From Thermoproteota archaeon (lineage in GTDB: Archaea; Asgardarchaeota; Njordarchaeia; Njordarchaeales; Panguiarchaeaceae): a stretch of 64,000 nucleotides of DNA. The stretch covers positions 64,001 through 128,000 of the forward strand of contig JANJXX010000002.1 in the NCBI GenBank assembly GCA_024720975.1, written 5' to 3'. Below, one piece after another: positions 9,535 to 19,038 of the stretch. The position numbers were made by a program, and so were the translations under genes. Numbering within the stretch: position 1 is the first letter of the stretch; the number at the start of each line of letters is the position of its first letter. Below the pieces are notes generated by a model that saw only the letters and a program-made list of their open reading frames with translations, had not been told where the DNA came from and searched no databases.

Positions 9535-10167
9535 CTACAACCCTAGCTTCCTTCTTGTCTCAGATGAAAGGAGCTCTAACTCCCTTTTAAATGTTTCCGG
9601 AAAGATTCGAGCAAGTACCGCCAAACGACAAGCCTCCTGAAAAACGCGCTTGACGCCAAGTCCTTCGATTGCAACCGTGTTAAATATTGGGTGAGGTCCA
9701 CTTAGGCGCATAACCCTCAATAATACTACCTCAGGTAAAGCGTCCGGAAGGTCCCTCTTATTTAAGGCAATTATTATCGGAATTTCATTCCATTCATTTC
9801 CAAGAAACAATCTTAGCTCTTCAATACTGTCTGCGTTCTCCCGAAGAGCTTCGGGGTCGGAGTCTGCGACGAATACTACTGCATCAGCTCCTTTGATAAT
9901 TAGCCTCCGCTGAGTTTTGTGTCTTTTTTGACCCGGAACCGTGTATAGATCGAAGAATATGTTTCCTGAGGTTTTGAGTGGTAAGTAATCAAAGAATATT
10001 GTTCTCCCGGATTGATCAGCAACCATTCGTAGTCTTCCTTTTTTTAGTCCCTTGATTTTATTATAAAGCATTTTTAGCATGGTCGTTTTTCCGCTTAGGG
10101 ATGGTCCATATAGCACTATTTTAAATCTATAGTGCCCGTATTTGTCTTTAAATACCACTTCAAACAC
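9535..10167 (-). CDS. mglA: MglA-type small GTPase
   Basis: GPSLSGKTT, GRTIFFD (in-cis Arg finger), TVPGQ, NKRD. Confidence 0.88.
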   Translation of the reverse strand: MFEVVFKDKYGHYRFKIVLYGPSLSGKTTMLKMLYNKIKGLKKGRLRMVADQSGRTIFFDYLPLKTSGNIFFDLYTVPGQKRHKTQRRLIIKGADAVVFVADSDPEALRENADSIEELRLFLGNEWNEIPIIIALNKRDLPDALPEVVLLRVMRLSGPHPIFNTVAIEGLGVKRVFQEACRLAVLARIFPETFKRELELLSSETRRKLGL

Positions 10168-10285
10168 CTATTAGGGCAGTTCTGTGCAAATACACCATAC
10201 GAAACGACGTACCTCGAACTATCAGAGAACATTTTGAAAAATAAAATAAGATGGAAATATAGTTGTAAATGCTAGATTAAGGACA

Positions 10286-11443
10286 TTATAACGTTCTTAG
10301 AATTGAATCAGGTCCCACCTCCGACCACTCCTTTCGTGTCACAACTATCTTTTTGAAGGCTGGTATGGAGGCTAGAATTGAACCTCCGATGAAGACACCA
10401 TATATGCGCTCCTCTGGAGCTTCTACAGCGACTTTATCTCTAGCTTTCTCGGGTACTATTTCCTTAAGTTCTTTTTCGAGTCTTTGAGCGAAGTTTGGTA
10501 TCATAGTATTACCACCAGAAACTACGATGTTCGAGTACATTGACGGTCTTACGTCTATATCGCATGCGAAGATGCTATCAAGAACCAATTCATCTAGGGG
10601 CTTAGCCTCAAGCCCTATAAGCATTGGACTATACATTATTTCTGGCGATTGAAATCTTTCCTCTACTAATTCTATTACACGCCCATCTGGTAACTCATAT
10701 GTTGCTGCAACAGCCTTTGGAATTTTCTTTGCTTTTTCTAGCTCAGCTTTGTAATCGACAGCCAGATAACATAGCTTCTCTTTGATATCTCTTGCAATTT
10801 CCATTTCGGCGGATGATGTGAAGTATATCCCTCGCTTGGTAAGCAGTTTAGCTAAGTAGCGAGTAACATCACGCCCAGCAAGGTTGAGTCTTCTAACGGC
10901 ATGAGCCAGTAGATATGATTCCTGAACTGGGACTATATGCGTAACACCATCACCGCTGTCTACGACAAGTCCAGTAACCCTACCAGCAGCATAAAGAGAC
11001 AATATAGCTTGTGTAGCGACATAGAGCGCCGGAACACCGAAGGTTTCGAATAGGACCTCAGCCATGCGAATTCTATTTTCTTTTGGACTTAAGGGGGCTT
11101 CTGTTACTAATAGTGCCTGATCTTGAGGATTTGTCCTTAGCTCTTTATAGTATAAGTGATACATCAATTTTTCCCAAGCATCCCAGTCAGTTACAATAGC
11201 ATGTTCCAATGGCCAAACTAGCTGAAGAACGCCTCTCATATGAATCGCGTCACGACCAACATAATATTCCAGTGTCTCTGCTTCTGGCATGACTACGGTG
11301 TACTTAGGATATCCTACCACTGTTGGAAAAACTGTTCTCGGTGTATCATCACCAGCAAATCCAGCTTTTGTAAAACCCGTTCCTAGGTCTGCAACTACTG
11401 CTGGACGTTCGAGCTCCGGAAGCTTGTGTGATGCTGAACTCAT
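10286..11443 (-). CDS. Actin (Asgard/Lokiactin-like)
   Basis: DLGTGFTKAGFAGDD.PR.VFP, LEHAIVTDWD, LLVTEAPL.P, QAILSLYA.GR.TG.VVDSGDGVTH, YELPDG, SGGNTM, IGGSILAS; start placed at MSSASH. Confidence 0.96.
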   Translation of the reverse strand: MSSASHKLPELERPAVVADLGTGFTKAGFAGDDTPRTVFPTVVGYPKYTVVMPEAETLEYYVGRDAIHMRGVLQLVWPLEHAIVTDWDAWEKLMYHLYYKELRTNPQDQALLVTEAPLSPKENRIRMAEVLFETFGVPALYVATQAILSLYAAGRVTGLVVDSGDGVTHIVPVQESYLLAHAVRRLNLAGRDVTRYLAKLLTKRGIYFTSSAEMEIARDIKEKLCYLAVDYKAELEKAKKIPKAVAATYELPDGRVIELVEERFQSPEIMYSPMLIGLEAKPLDELVLDSIFACDIDVRPSMYSNIVVSGGNTMIPNFAQRLEKELKEIVPEKARDKVAVEAPEERIYGVFIGGSILASIPAFKKIVVTRKEWSEVGPDSILRTL

Positions 11444-11755
11444 CAAGATAAACACCCTTGAGCGCGTTTAATTATTCATGCTGTTCAATTGGATATCTTA
11501 ATTATTCCCCTTATAAAACAGATAAGAGGTTAATGTATTAAAACAATACTTACGTTATAACAATTATCAGACTAGAGCACCATAAACTTTTAATCATTAC
11601 AACTTTGTTCTCAATCCAAAGAGTAATTTCTATCGCATGACCAACTTTCTTCCCGGTAAGGGACAAGAAAACTTCATGAGAAAGAAATATTAGTTTATTA
11701 TTGTTGCGGTTAGTAGTACTAATTATTTTAGAATACTTCTGGAGTTTTCAATAGT

Positions 11756-13456
11756 TCATCTCATTTCTACGGCACTCCTGATTTCCTTTGCGAGCTCTCT
11801 AGTACGTGCAACAATGACGATATTTTTACCTAATCTTCTGATCCTTATCAAGTCGTTTGAGAAATCAAAATTGACCACTACTCTCTTATCTAAGATACTA
11901 TTAGCGATTTCTGCGTTAACATTACAAGCTAAAATCAATTTCTGGAGCTTTGATAGGTCATTTATGGCTTCAAGATTGAAAATTATACGAAAATCTTCGA
12001 GCAATTTATATGCTCGCTCCTCAAGATCTCGTATGCTATTGTGAGGAGCCCTTCTTATTTTTTCAATAAATGCCTCGACTTTATCTACAGTTAGATCCTG
12101 ACGAGACTCCATCTCGTTTAACTCCAGCTGAAATGCTCTCCTAGCTTGCTCTATGTAGCTTAGTACGTGCTCCTCTAGATATTTGTATAGCTCATTAATG
12201 ACCAAATCCCCCCTTCCAAATTCACCATGCGCCATCTTTTCTAGTTCTCTTAAGCAATCTAAGTAATTTAAATTTGAATTTCCAAAATGTTTGGTAAAAA
12301 TTTCTTTGAGTTCCTCTGACTCCGAGTTAAGTATGTGTTCTGCGAGAGCAAGTGCTTTAAGCCAAGCTCCTGGCGCCTCAAAAGATCCTATTTTAGTCTC
12401 TTTTAACCAGTTGGCATAACTTTTAAAGAACTCCCAAGGATTGCGATATTGACTTTTGACTAGTGGCTTTAATTCAACTCTATGCGCAAAGACATACGGA
12501 ACGGACCATAAAATGTCTTCTACATCAACTTTACTCATTCCTCTTATCCACGCCCGCGCTCTTGCATACGCAAACAGTGCAATTAGAGCTCTTTCATCGG
12601 GAGGTTCCTGAATCTTACTGCACGGCTCGTTTGCAAACTCACATTCCATACATGGGAGACGCATATATGAGGGCATTAAGTCCAGCTTACCAAGCTTGCA
12701 GATGCGCAAGGAAGTCAAAATCATAGTTCCAAGTAACTTGATATGCTCTGGTATTGTTACTGACGCTACGTCATCCCATATTTTCTCTAATTCTTCAAAT
12801 GATAGGACTTCAGGCATAGTGTCAACAATTGTAAATCTTCTGTAGGTTCTCTCGCTCTCTATCATCCTATCCAGAATGCTTTTGGATTCCCTGAGTCCAG
12901 GAAGTTCTATGTAGCAAGACCCTAAAAATCTCGATTTCAGGGCTCTGTCAATATCCCCCCGGAAGGGATTCATATCAGCAAAACAAATGTAGTCTGGAGT
13001 TTCAAAACGCAGGCCACCATATTCTATGTAACCCTCTTCTAGTAGGCTCAGGAGAGCATCTTGAACACTCTTACTAAAGCGATTTATTTCATTGATGAAC
13101 TTTATTCTAGCTGTAACTACTGGTCTCACTATTATATCCTCCTCGCCTTTTGTCAGTAATTTCACGAGATTTGTACTGACCAGAACCTTTTGAAGAGTTT
13201 TTTCAGGGGCTCCTATAACTATTCCTAGCGATTCTTTATTTTTTGATAATGCTCTACTTATGAGTCTCACTAGCGTAGATTTTCCTGAGCCTGGGAAGCC
13301 TACTAACAACACCTTGTTATTTCGTATAAGAATAGAAGCTATGATGAAACTTTTTATTGATTCGTCACTTGTGATCCACCTTTCAAATAGTTCCTTATAG
13401 AGCGCCTTTATCTTCTGGCGGTAATTTTCAATGACTTCAGAGAGGGTCATTTGCAC
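11756..13456 (-). CDS. MoxR-family AAA+ ATPase with helical C-terminal extension
   Basis: GFPGSGKS Walker A, FINEINR Walker B variant, DMNP, DRALKSRF, FAHRV. Confidence 0.88.
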   Translation of the reverse strand: MQMTLSEVIENYRQKIKALYKELFERWITSDESIKSFIIASILIRNNKVLLVGFPGSGKSTLVRLISRALSKNKESLGIVIGAPEKTLQKVLVSTNLVKLLTKGEEDIIVRPVVTARIKFINEINRFSKSVQDALLSLLEEGYIEYGGLRFETPDYICFADMNPFRGDIDRALKSRFLGSCYIELPGLRESKSILDRMIESERTYRRFTIVDTMPEVLSFEELEKIWDDVASVTIPEHIKLLGTMILTSLRICKLGKLDLMPSYMRLPCMECEFANEPCSKIQEPPDERALIALFAYARARAWIRGMSKVDVEDILWSVPYVFAHRVELKPLVKSQYRNPWEFFKSYANWLKETKIGSFEAPGAWLKALALAEHILNSESEELKEIFTKHFGNSNLNYLDCLRELEKMAHGEFGRGDLVINELYKYLEEHVLSYIEQARRAFQLELNEMESRQDLTVDKVEAFIEKIRRAPHNSIRDLEERAYKLLEDFRIIFNLEAINDLSKLQKLILACNVNAEIANSILDKRVVVNFDFSNDLIRIRRLGKNIVIVARTRELAKEIRSAVEMR

Positions 13457-15083
13457 TCACTGTGCTCTGGGAGATTCTGGTCAGTTCTCTTATGATAATT
13501 TCTATCTCCTCGCATTCTGTAATATTCGGGGGCAAAATTATCACTGGAATGTTAAGAGTTTTTAATACATCCTCAGTTTTTTCCCAGAGCTTCTGAGTTA
13601 TAGCAAAAAATACCAAGATTGATTTCTCTCTAACATTCATTAAACTGTTTATTACCTCAGGAAACTTTATGTCATATATTGCCGTGTCTGTGATTATAGC
13701 TACCAATGCCCTATCATACAAAGAAGATAAGTGATTATCTACTACACTAAGGACATTCCTGATGTTAGTACCTCCTTCAGAGTCTAGCCTTAATATTATC
13801 TCTTCAATAGCGTCATAATTAAATGTAGGTGGCACTCCTTCCCAAGCACCCGAGGAGAATGTTGATAATCCCACAGACATGCCATACTTCTTAGCAATTT
13901 CAACTAGAGCCATACCAACATCTATTGCACGCTCGATAGGATCGTCACTCATCGATCCACTTGTATCTATAACTAACTCCATATGTCTAATTGATCTCTC
14001 CAACGAGTTTAGGTCGCCGCCAATTTCACGCAAATCCTGAAGTGTTGATACATCAGGTATTACGCGACCAAACGTATCTGCTGAGATTTCTATGTTCATC
14101 TTCTCTTCATCATCTCCCATATACCATTCACAAAATCCATACCTTGAGGTTTGTGGTTCTATCTCGATTATTTTTTCTTCTATCAAAGAGAGAATAGCTC
14201 TAATGCGCGCCCTCCTAGCAGCGGCAAGGTATCTCCTCCTATTTAACATCTTCTGGAGAATAGTTTTGTCTTGAGAAAATGCGGGCTCCTTGATTGGCAG
14301 CTTGCCTATTTCTAATTGCTTATCGAGTTTCTTTGCTACCTCTTTCGCGAAGTCATAGTCGATTTCACTTAATTGCTCCATTTCCTGTAAGCTTATAGGA
14401 ATACTATCACTGTTCATTACTTCATTCGCAGAGATTGGTATCAGATACTTTCGTAGTTCCCTCTCGTGGAGAGACCATGGATCTAGAGTATCGATTTCTG
14501 CTAGTAGCTCCCTAAAGAAGATTTTAGCCTTAGCGTAGAGTGGCATGTCTGCTAGGGCGACATTTATTATGCGCATTGTCTTACTCGAAATTTTTCTCCC
14601 TAATACGAATTCATAGAATTCTCTAAGAATGCTTCCTAGGGGCGTGCTAGATGTTGGCTTTGATTTAAGAATTCCTTCTATTGATTCCTTAACAATAGAG
14701 CTAATATGTTTTTGGTTTGATAGTTTGGCAAAAATTACAAAAAGGCACAAGACAGATAACAATGATCCATGTACCTCACTACTATAATTGCCGAGAGTCC
14801 TTCTTGCAGCAGCTAAAATTATCAGTCGATTTAGCTCTGTCGCAGGAAGGATACTGTGATACCCTAAACCCAGGAGAAGAAAGTACTTGTTAAAATCGGG
14901 GAGCTTTGTTCCCTCTGGAGGTTCTGGTAGTAATATTGTACCCCACTGTGTGTACCATGCAGATTTGATTGAGTCGACTTTTATTACAAAACCAGGAAAT
15001 AGGTTATACAATCTGGAGACTTTATCAACGATTTCCTTGAGCTCACTACAATTTATTTCATCTATTGTGTAAAATTCTTTCAT
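13437..15083 (-). CDS. VWA-domain protein (MoxR partner)
   Basis: C-terminal MIDAS DTSGSM, GGTN, ITD; overlaps MoxR start. Confidence 0.88.
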   Translation of the reverse strand: MKEFYTIDEINCSELKEIVDKVSRLYNLFPGFVIKVDSIKSAWYTQWGTILLPEPPEGTKLPDFNKYFLLLGLGYHSILPATELNRLIILAAARRTLGNYSSEVHGSLLSVLCLFVIFAKLSNQKHISSIVKESIEGILKSKPTSSTPLGSILREFYEFVLGRKISSKTMRIINVALADMPLYAKAKIFFRELLAEIDTLDPWSLHERELRKYLIPISANEVMNSDSIPISLQEMEQLSEIDYDFAKEVAKKLDKQLEIGKLPIKEPAFSQDKTILQKMLNRRRYLAAARRARIRAILSLIEEKIIEIEPQTSRYGFCEWYMGDDEEKMNIEISADTFGRVIPDVSTLQDLREIGGDLNSLERSIRHMELVIDTSGSMSDDPIERAIDVGMALVEIAKKYGMSVGLSTFSSGAWEGVPPTFNYDAIEEIILRLDSEGGTNIRNVLSVVDNHLSSLYDRALVAIITDTAIYDIKFPEVINSLMNVREKSILVFFAITQKLWEKTEDVLKTLNIPVIILPPNITECEEIEIIIRELTRISQSTVSANDPL

Positions 15084-15107
15084 AGCTCAGAGAACCATCT
15101 CTGATGA

Positions 15108-16286
15108 TTACTTACATGGAAGTGCAATATTACCAACGCCTATGGTGTTCCCAATACCTAATATGATAACCTTACCTTCACTCGGAACCTCCTCAATTAT
15201 TATCCTTTTAACTACTTCACACGCATTATAAACCGCACTTAGTAATGTCTCACTTAGAGGAGTTAGAGCCTCTACGTAGTTCTCCTTTATCACAACTGCA
15301 TAAAGAGGAATTTTATATTTGGAGGTCCAGGATTCTATTCTGTACTTCTCGGGACCTGGGTCACCTATAGCAGCACCAACCCCTACATCAACTTTTCCAG
15401 TATTCTCCGACTCAAGACGAAGCGCCGCATCGACTGTAATAATTAAATTGACATCTCCTCCGATTTTCTCAAGAATCTTTTGTAAGAAGCGCCCAGGATA
15501 TCCAACTTCACTTCCTGGACCCTTTGCCTTGACAGCTAAAACATATCTGCCCTCAAACTCAGAGGAACTATAGGCTATTTTGAGATCCTCATCGACTTCA
15601 ACTATATCTCCGAAGAAATGGAGCGCTACGAGAGCTCCCACACTATCTCCTATAGGCACACCCTCCACGAAGCCCTTAAGCGCATCAAAATAGCTGAGAC
15701 AGAGCTCTCTAATGAATGGCACTAGAAGTTTCAGTTGCAGAAGATAGTAGATGTTCTTAGTTCGGTATCCAACTTCGTAAATATGAGATGTTATCTTCCA
15801 CAGGTATCTTATTGCAGCTGCTGCTTCTAGAGCGCTTTCTAAATTTTTTTGAACGCGCTCAGGAGCGCTAGGAATTATTTTTTGTGCTATGTTTCTTAAT
15901 CTACTACGCCTGACATCTAATATATGTTCAAGCCTACTTAGAATTCCTGTAGGATCTATCGTTACTGGGTATATTAAGAAGCTATTTATGATTTCATCAA
16001 TCCACTTATTTACTTTAATGAACTCTTTGGATTTTACTATTTCATTAATTGCTGCTTCGTCAATATCTTTTGACGTTATGTTCCACCTATGCACTAGAAT
16101 TAAGCGCATGAATGCTCTCTTTGAAAGCTTTTCGTACAGCGTTATTTCACTGATAAACGACCTTAAGCTCCATATAATGAGCTGGGTTTGTATCTCGTTA
16201 AGCAGAAATATTAACATTAGGAATATCATAAGCGATATCATATAATCTACACTAATTTGTATGAATGACATTTGCAGAAACACCAC
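15108..16286 (-). CDS. DUF1512 family protein
   Basis: N-terminal TM; PIGDSVGALVA, GPGSEVGYPG, TVDAALRLE, GIGNTIGVG. Confidence 0.85.
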   Translation of the reverse strand: MVFLQMSFIQISVDYMISLMIFLMLIFLLNEIQTQLIIWSLRSFISEITLYEKLSKRAFMRLILVHRWNITSKDIDEAAINEIVKSKEFIKVNKWIDEIINSFLIYPVTIDPTGILSRLEHILDVRRSRLRNIAQKIIPSAPERVQKNLESALEAAAAIRYLWKITSHIYEVGYRTKNIYYLLQLKLLVPFIRELCLSYFDALKGFVEGVPIGDSVGALVALHFFGDIVEVDEDLKIAYSSSEFEGRYVLAVKAKGPGSEVGYPGRFLQKILEKIGGDVNLIITVDAALRLESENTGKVDVGVGAAIGDPGPEKYRIESWTSKYKIPLYAVVIKENYVEALTPLSETLLSAVYNACEVVKRIIIEEVPSEGKVIILGIGNTIGVGNIALPCK

Positions 16287-16376
16287 ATTGTACTCCCTCT
16301 CTTAAGGAATAAGCTAAATTTTACTTAACTTTATTGGCTTTATTTTCTTATATTGACAACTCAAGGCGCATTAAAG

Positions 16377-17429
16377 TTGGGCGTGAAATTAGGACCGTTA
16401 TTCAAAGAGAAAGGAATAGAGGGCCAAGTCATAGAGAACTTAAGTTCACTAGAAGGAAAGGTCATGGCTATAGATGGACTTGTGACTCTTTATGAAATGC
16501 TCTCGATAATCAGAGACCGCGAGGGAAGACCCCTCAGAGACTCCCAAGGAAGGATAACGTCTCATTTAGTTGGACTCTTCAATAGAACCTGCCGCATGCT
16601 TGCCTTGGGAATTAAACCCATTTATGTCTTTGATGGACCACCGCACCCACTCAAACTTAGAACAATAGAGGAACGCCAAATTAGACGAGAAGAAGCCGAA
16701 CAAAGATACGTTGAAGCTCTTACTCGAGGTGATTTTGAAGAAGCAAGAAAGTATGCGAAGCAAGCTGCGAGGATCGAAGATTACATGGTAACTACAGCTA
16801 AGCAGCTATTAGAGTATCTAGGTGTACCAATAGTACAAGCGCCCCACGATGGGGAGGCCCAAGCTGCGTTTATAGCCCGGAAGGGAGACGCCTACGCGGT
16901 AGGTTCACCTGACTATGATTCATTTCTCTACAGCGCACCTAGAGTAGTAAGAGGATTGAGAATCACCAAAGGCGGAGGCCGTAAAGGAGAAGAAGAAACT
17001 AGAGAGTACACTCTCGATGATGTTCTGAGAAAATTAAATCTAACCCATGAGCAATTGGTTGATCTAGCGATTCTTATAGGTACAGATTTTAATCCTGACG
17101 GCTTTCCCGGAATCGGACCAAAGCGTGCTTACGAATATATCACACGATACGGAAGTCTGGAGCGAATTGTTAAGCTGGATTTAGTCAAATGGAATTATCC
17201 GTTTGACATAAATGAAATACGGTCTGTTTTTCTAACACCACCTGTTACAACTAACTACAGAATAGTGTTCAAAGAACCAAATCGAGAAAAAATAATCGAG
17301 CTTCTAGTAGAGGAGCACGACTTTAGTTTAGAACGTGTTAATAATGAGCTAGAGCCTGTATTGAGACGGATAGAGAGAGAAAGCAAGGTGGGCCGTCAGG
17401 TTAGCCTATTTGACTTTTTTAACAGGTAA
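16377..17429 (+). CDS. fen: Flap endonuclease 1
   Basis: Start TTG (MGVKL); ITSHLVGLF, VFDG, DGEAQAA, GTDFN, GIGPK; C-terminal PIP box RQVSLFDFF. Confidence 0.97.
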   Translation: MGVKLGPLFKEKGIEGQVIENLSSLEGKVMAIDGLVTLYEMLSIIRDREGRPLRDSQGRITSHLVGLFNRTCRMLALGIKPIYVFDGPPHPLKLRTIEERQIRREEAEQRYVEALTRGDFEEARKYAKQAARIEDYMVTTAKQLLEYLGVPIVQAPHDGEAQAAFIARKGDAYAVGSPDYDSFLYSAPRVVRGLRITKGGGRKGEEETREYTLDDVLRKLNLTHEQLVDLAILIGTDFNPDGFPGIGPKRAYEYITRYGSLERIVKLDLVKWNYPFDINEIRSVFLTPPVTTNYRIVFKEPNREKIIELLVEEHDFSLERVNNELEPVLRRIERESKVGRQVSLFDFFNR

Positions 17430-17449
17430 CTCTTAATCACTGTTAGCAA

Positions 17450-17728
17450 TTATTCTGCGAGTATTTTACCATTTCCCAAAAGTAACCTATCACAAAAATT
17501 TCTCAACAGTTCCTCAATGTTAACTTTTAGCAAAGTCGCTAGGATCACCATCTCTAAGAATGCTCCCTCTAAATACTTGTTTATCACATCGGAATCGAAG
17601 TTAGATTCCATTTGAATTTCACTAGCTAAACGTTTAGCATCTGCTAAAAACTCTTCAATGCTAGAAGACCCTTCCCAAAGTAACTTTCTTATGAAGTTCT
17701 GGAATTCGCTAATTTTCAACTTACGCAC
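17450..17728 (-). CDS. Small protein, degenerate MazG-like helical fold
   Basis: ISEFQNFIR...LATLLKVNIEE pattern, but lacks the EExxE/ExxD metal ligands. Confidence 0.4.
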   Translation of the reverse strand: MRKLKISEFQNFIRKLLWEGSSSIEEFLADAKRLASEIQMESNFDSDVINKYLEGAFLEMVILATLLKVNIEELLRNFCDRLLLGNGKILAE

Positions 17729-17805
17729 CGGTAACCATATGCATGATTTAATTAAAAAGGAAGTGTTACATCTAGGTTATTCCTAGATATATCCCGAATT
17801 ACCTG

Positions 17806-18375
17806 CTACCTAGATATAACATCCATCCTCCTAAGTCGCAAACTAACCTCAAATTTAAGTGTGCTTTCTATATTGTAGTACGTTATATCACCGTCTTGAT
17901 CGACTATTGCTAAGGTAAGAATTTTTCCATCATTCTTTGCAGTCTCTAGGGCATCATAGAGGGCACGAATCGGAATACTTTTTTCAGATGGTACAATCAT
18001 CACATAGTATTTAGACTTTGACAATAGAGGATCCGATTCCCTCTCAAATACTTCGAAATCTATTGAGCCAAGGTTTATTGTTCTTGCAATAAATCGTTTC
18101 TCTCGCAAGTCCACGTAAACTGTAAGCTTCAGAGGAAATAGCGGGTCATTTTCGGAGGATTTTTTGATGATCTCTTCAAATGTTAACTCTGGATTTAAGC
18201 TTATCCTATTCTTGAAAATTAGGTATGCTACCTCTATGGGACTTAAAATAACTTTGCTTCCTTCTGCATTACCAAAACCTTCAGCTACCAAGATACGCCA
18301 ATTAATGTTCTCCTCTTTGTCCAGAAAGAATGTATCCATAGCAGCTCTCACGATAAATTTAGACAATTTGATCAC
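17806..18375 (-). CDS. endA: tRNA-splicing endonuclease subunit, probably structural (non-catalytic)
   Basis: LSPIEVAYL, VYVDLREK, DFEVFE, AIVDQDGDITYY; catalytic Tyr and His appear replaced. Confidence 0.8.
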   Translation of the reverse strand: MIKLSKFIVRAAMDTFFLDKEENINWRILVAEGFGNAEGSKVILSPIEVAYLIFKNRISLNPELTFEEIIKKSSENDPLFPLKLTVYVDLREKRFIARTINLGSIDFEVFERESDPLLSKSKYYVMIVPSEKSIPIRALYDALETAKNDGKILTLAIVDQDGDITYYNIESTLKFEVSLRLRRMDVISR

Positions 18376-18968
18376 TCTTTATCTCTGCACTTTATTAGAT
18401 TCCTCACTATATTCCACATGTCCTCGCTGATAATCTCAGGATCACGATTTGCGTTTATAATTCTAATTTCGATTTTCAACTCCCTGAGTATCTCTGGCAT
18501 CCTTAGGTAAATAGTTCTCACTTGCTCAAGAAACTCTTTATTCTCAAACGTGTCTTTTCTCTTTAATCTCTTCAGCGCTGTTTCTGGATCTACGTCAAGT
18601 ATTATCACTACGTCCGGTATAGGAAATTCCGAGTGATCCATCAATATTCGACTTATTGGTATTCCTTGAGCTCCCTGATAAGCGATTGTCGATATGTAAT
18701 AACGGTCCAAGATTACTATGTATCCTAGATCAAGAAGCTTCCTTATGTTCCTTGCATTAAGTTTTCTATCTCTTAGAAAGAGCTCATATAACTCCATTGG
18801 TGAGTAGTTTCCACTTTTTATTTTATCCCTAATGATTTTACCGTATACCCCAACAGTTGGTTCAATTAGGAGTGCTACCTTGCAACCGGCTCTAGCAATT
18901 CTTTCAAACAACAACCTCGCTTGAGTCGTCTTCCCACTACCGTCAATGCCTTCTATTACTATAATCAT
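18372..18968 (-). CDS. tmk: Thymidylate kinase
   Basis: IEGIDGSGKTTQ, DRYYISTIAYQG, PDVVIILDV. Confidence 0.96.
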   Translation of the reverse strand: MIIVIEGIDGSGKTTQARLLFERIARAGCKVALLIEPTVGVYGKIIRDKIKSGNYSPMELYELFLRDRKLNARNIRKLLDLGYIVILDRYYISTIAYQGAQGIPISRILMDHSEFPIPDVVIILDVDPETALKRLKRKDTFENKEFLEQVRTIYLRMPEILRELKIEIRIINANRDPEIISEDMWNIVRNLIKCRDKE

Positions 18969-19038
18969 AGCCTTAGCCTCTAAAATAGATAGTGACAAGA
19001 ATACTCAAACTAGCATTGTATAGCGATAATAAACATGA

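Noticed and set aside
11636-11680. Hairpin as a SECIS element
   Set aside because: No credible in-frame UGA gene nearby and quartet geometry is poor
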